Below are positions 62,701 through 64,000 of a stretch of DNA of 64,000 bases, in pieces. The translations under genes were made by a program, and so were the position numbers. The stretch spans positions 1,359,104-1,423,103 of the forward strand of contig NW_003314293.1 in assembly GCF_000143415.4 (NCBI RefSeq), in the 5' to 3' direction. Positions within the stretch are counted from its first letter, which is position 1. Each line of letters opens with the position of its first letter. Source of the stretch: Selaginella moellendorffii (Eukaryota > Plantae > Lycopodiophyta). The notes beneath the pieces were generated by a model. The model had not been told where the DNA came from and did no database searches. It worked only from the letters and a program-made list of their open reading frames with translations.

Positions 62701-64000
62701 ATTCAATTTATCTATTCATATTTAATTTAATTTTGGACTCTTTAATGTTTATATCATCACCCACTATATGAAAATAACTTTTTTTTCATATTGGTTCTTT
62801 ATAATCCTCCCTTTATTATCTCGTAGAGACTTATCAAACCCCTTAATGTTTGAGAAAAAATTGCTTCAGGCTTTCACTCCACCCTCACCACACCCTTGGA
62901 TATGTTTGTCCCTAGATATATTAAGCCTTGAACTCGGTATTGGACATGGTTTAAGATTCGATCCTCGACTTAATTTTAGTTTCAATCTTGGATTTGTTTC
63001 AAACTTGGTCTTGAATTTTGTTTTGCACTTTATCTCAACACTTCTATATATTATAATAATTGCCACATGTTAGTCATTCTTTTGTTATTTTTTAAAAACT
63101 CATTTATCTATCGTTTTGTGCTCATTCCTAACACTTCTTTAGAAGTTCACTTCTTTTTGACTTTTTGAGTCAAAGCTTTTAGTCCAAATATGTTATACTC
63201 ATTGAACTTTTACCTCAACCACTACCTTTCGACTTTACTTTGGGATTTAGGGATTTGTATTTTATAAATCTTTCATGACTAATCTAGTTTGATATCCAAG
63301 TAGTTTTTCCCTTAAGCCTCTAATATTACACCATGATTGCTGCCCTCTTCTTTATACCCATGTTATACACGAGTTATATATCAGACAATATTTAAGAGCT
63401 AATAAAACCTAAGTAAGATTTTAAAACTAAAATTCTATCACAATATTTAATTTTGTGTTTTTAATAGCTATATAAGATAGAGAGAAACTAGTGCTATAAA
63501 GTTGGGGTGTTTAATATATAGGAGTGAGGCATAAAATTTATGAAGGTTTAAACAAAGGCATTTCTCACTCAAATCTTTAATTCAAAACCCCACCCCACCC
63601 CACCCCCACCCCCCCCTTCCCCCTCTCTAAATCATATCCATATGATAAATGGAAAATTATAGAGTAAATGTTTTTGTAGATTTTATGACATTTTAAGCTA
63701 TAATACATTTTAGTGTCATTCAAGTGTTCATCACTTTTTTCAATTTAAATCTAATTTAGAGAAAAGGAACTCATCCCATTGTTCTATTTCATTAATATTC
63801 TTGAGTTTAGAAAAGAACTTAATAAAACTATACAAATAAGTAGTTTGTTGAGTTCAACTATTTATTAAATTGCATTTCATTATAGGGTCAAAAATATCTC
63901 AAGACCTCTTGTTTTTAAAAGAAAAACATTCTTTTCCATATTTGTCTTAGATTCTATCACAAGATTTATTCAATCAATTACAAAGCTCAATTACCACTAT

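Overview
Eukaryotic land-plant DNA; the compact GC-rich genes, AT-rich spacers and short-LTR Gypsy elements suggest the lycophyte Selaginella, which is my inference. The window is a head-to-tail array of a two-gene cassette: a two-exon class-3 lipase-like gene (At4g10955-type alpha/beta hydrolase, GHSLG motif) followed about 460-490 bp later on the same strand by an intronless F-box gene. There are six lipase copies (L1-L6) and five F-box copies (F1-F5). The ORF track misses lipase exon 1 (MPEDDAYRFEVTGPKRKHFNW), which I recovered from the GT-AG sites. Three lipase copies are broken by independent deletions: a frameshift right after GHSLG, an in-frame loss of the whole catalytic elbow, and loss of exon 1. 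All five F-box ORFs stay open and carry mosaic, mostly non-synonymous variants. That asymmetry suggests a functionally coupled enzyme/E3-adaptor module, possibly toxin-antidote-like, which is a hypothesis. Between cassettes lie four defective copies (two insertion events) of a chromodomain-less Ty3/Gypsy family with 175-bp LTRs, a tRNA-Ala PBS, a 4-bp TSD and a -1 gag/pol frameshift signal. Also present are a long degenerate AT-rich repeat, a duplicated candidate antisense spliced unit, a decayed Crinkler-type NTPase+REase pseudogene, many filler/microhomology repair scars and two assembly gaps.
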